From Planctomycetota bacterium (GTDB lineage: Bacteria; Planctomycetota; B15-G4), in NCBI GenBank assembly GCA_965248575.1, contig CBDFJQ010000002.1, positions 2,976,001-3,040,000 of the forward strand: a DNA stretch of 64,000 bases, in the 5' to 3' direction. A model generated the notes under the pieces. That model made no database searches. It was given only the letters and a program-made list of their open reading frames with translations, and had not been told where the DNA came from. Positions 62,270-64,000 of this stretch are shown here, piece after piece. Each line of letters opens with the position of its first letter. Within the stretch, counting starts at the first letter, position 1. Made by a program: the position numbers and the translations under genes.

Positions 62270-63195
62270 GCGCCGCCAGCGTCTCCAGCGGACGCACCTT
62301 CGCCCTGATCGCCATCGCCGTGGCCAACATCCTCGGTGGGCTCACCTACCTGGCCCAGGACTTCGCCCTCGACGGGCTGCCCTTCGCCACCATCAGTTTC
62401 CTGCGCAATCTCGTGGCGCTGCTGATGATGGCTGTCTGGATGCAGAGCAGGGGTGGCATCACCTGGCGCTACCCGCGGCCGGTCTTCTTGCGGCTGTGCG
62501 TGTTGGGGGTCTTTGCCTATGCCTCTCCGCTGCTGCTCGGGACCCTCGGCACCCAATGGTCCACCGCCGCCAATGGCTCGATCCTGATCCTCATGGAGCC
62601 CTGCGCCATCCTGCTCTTCGCCTGGATCCTGCTGGGCGAGCACGTGCGTCGGCTGCAACTGCTGGGCATCGCCTTCGGGCTGGCGGGTGGCCTGTTCATC
62701 GTGCTGCGCGACGCGCCCGTGGATGGGCTGTTGGAGGGGCAACACCTGCGGGGCAACATCATCCTCGCCGCGCACGCCATCTTGTGGGGCCTCTACTCGC
62801 CGGTCATGAAGCCCCTGGCCGTACGCTACCGCGCCGTGGACGTGACCTTCATGTCCATGGTGCTGGCGCAGCTGCTGCTGGTGCCAGCCATGCTCACGGA
62901 GGTGGGTGAGTGGAGCGCTGGCCCGCAGCTGAGCGAGGCGCTCTGGTGGACCCTCGCTCTGGGCGTCGGCGGCTCCTTCGCCGCCACGGTCCTGTGGACG
63001 GCTTCGTTGAAGCACCTCAAGGCCTCAACCGTCGCGCCCTTCGTGTTCTTGCAGCCGGTGGCGGGCGTGATCGGTGACGCCGTGGGCCGCGGTCGCCCTG
63101 TGACCGGCGCGGCTCTCACCGGCGGTGTGCTCATCGCGGTGGGCGTGCTGTGCGTGATCTACCGGGCGAAGAGCAGGTCGCAGGAGGTGGGCTGA
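62266..63195 (+). CDS. DMT/EamA family transporter
   Basis: About 10 TM helices in two repeats; AWILLGEHV and VFLQPVAG; 4-bp overlap with the NYN gene. Confidence 0.9.
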   Translation: MSAASVSSGRTFALIAIAVANILGGLTYLAQDFALDGLPFATISFLRNLVALLMMAVWMQSRGGITWRYPRPVFLRLCVLGVFAYASPLLLGTLGTQWSTAANGSILILMEPCAILLFAWILLGEHVRRLQLLGIAFGLAGGLFIVLRDAPVDGLLEGQHLRGNIILAAHAILWGLYSPVMKPLAVRYRAVDVTFMSMVLAQLLLVPAMLTEVGEWSAGPQLSEALWWTLALGVGGSFAATVLWTASLKHLKASTVAPFVFLQPVAGVIGDAVGRGRPVTGAALTGGVLIAVGVLCVIYRAKSRSQEVG

Positions 63196-63365
63196 CCTGA
63201 CCGCCTGTGTCGGAAGTTGTACCAGCGCGAAAGGGGTTGCTAGCCCTCCCAACAACGACCAACAGCACGGAAGGCGGGTCGGGCCCGTCTGCCGTGCTGC
63301 TGTGTGAATCCTGGCCGGAGCCCCTGGTCGGAACCGGAGCTGTCGACTGCGTGCCGTTGGCTGGC

Positions 63366-64000
63366 TTAGCGCCCGGCGACGAGCGGCATGGCGCCGCCCA
63401 ACTGGCCCAGCGCTTCAGCGGCGGCCTGCGCCACGGCTGCATCACCGCTGCCCAACGAACCCTGCAGGGCGGAGGACAGGGCGTCGCGATCGCCAGCAGG
63501 ACCCGAGATGGCCCAGAGACGAGCGCAGGCCTTCATGGCGGCCACGGCGAGCTCATCGCTGCCGCCTTCCATGACCGCAGCTTCCGCGGCAGTCAGGCAG
63601 GACGTGAGACCCGCGGCGCCTGCGAGGTGCAGGATGGCTGCCTTGGTCTCCGCATCGGCACCGGAGTTGAGGGCCTCGGCGGCGCTGTCGCCCACCGTCT
63701 GAACCCGGCTCGCCGGCAACATCGAGAGGACGTGCGCCGCATGACGCGCCATGCGCATGGCCTTGCTCATGGCTTCACCGGCGGGGCCGGCAGCCGCAGT
63801 GACCGCATCCCAGTCAGCGCTTTCCAGCACGGCGGCAGCCTGATCGCCGTAGAGGCTCTCGGCGCTGCCCACGTTGGCGGTGACGATGATCATCGGCACA
63901 TCCGCAGTGCGCGGGTCGTTCTTGAGACCGAACACCAAGGTGTCGAGGGTCACGCCCTGGAGCCCGTCCTGCACAACGATCACATCCTTGGGCGGGAAGG
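63366..64000 (-). CDS. C-terminus of a HEAT-repeat protein with a receiver-like segment; 5' end is off the right edge
   Basis: Frame is open to the window edge; PKDVIVVQD...LKNDPRTADVPMIIVT (REC-like) followed by Ala-rich HEAT helices ending AAAEALGQL. Confidence 0.6.
   Translation of the reverse strand, partial: FPPKDVIVVQDGLQGVTLDTLVFGLKNDPRTADVPMIIVTANVGSAESLYGDQAAAVLESADWDAVTAAAGPAGEAMSKAMRMARHAAHVLSMLPASRVQTVGDSAAEALNSGADAETKAAILHLAGAAGLTSCLTAAEAAVMEGGSDELAVAAMKACARLWAISGPAGDRDALSSALQGSLGSGDAAVAQAAAEALGQLGGAMPLVAGR

Overview
High-GC bacterial window. The CRTAC1/FG-GAP lipoprotein, sulfatases and HEAT proteins suggest Planctomycetota, but this is inference only. The left half holds housekeeping and accessory genes: homocysteine methyltransferase, SufT-like protein, M16 peptidase, nadA, proS, bioBFAD, 2-oxoacid:ferredoxin oxidoreductase and rsmG. 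It also has a likely cell-surface modification locus, a polyketide ketosynthase remnant, and a HEAT-fused archaeal-LonB-like AAA+ module that has lost its catalytic motifs and protease domain. The main feature is a ~21 kb minus-strand operon (56379->35583) behind a near-consensus sigma-54 promoter. Its order is diheme cytochrome c, narGHJI (NXR-like clade), narK, alternative complex III (actA, actB, fused actCD, actE, actF), an NRT2/NarK1-DoxX fusion, a diheme NorC-like cytochrome, and a NorB-like heme-copper oxidase. That oxidase has a rewired active site: no His or Glu in helix VI, and H-A-M instead of H-x-H in helix X. Upstream lie a sensor kinase with a Cys-rich PAS region, an NtrC-type regulator, a tandem USP and tRNA-Thr(CGT). 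No nir or nos gene, integrase or CRISPR array was seen in the window. All family assignments come from motif recognition by eye, without database searches.
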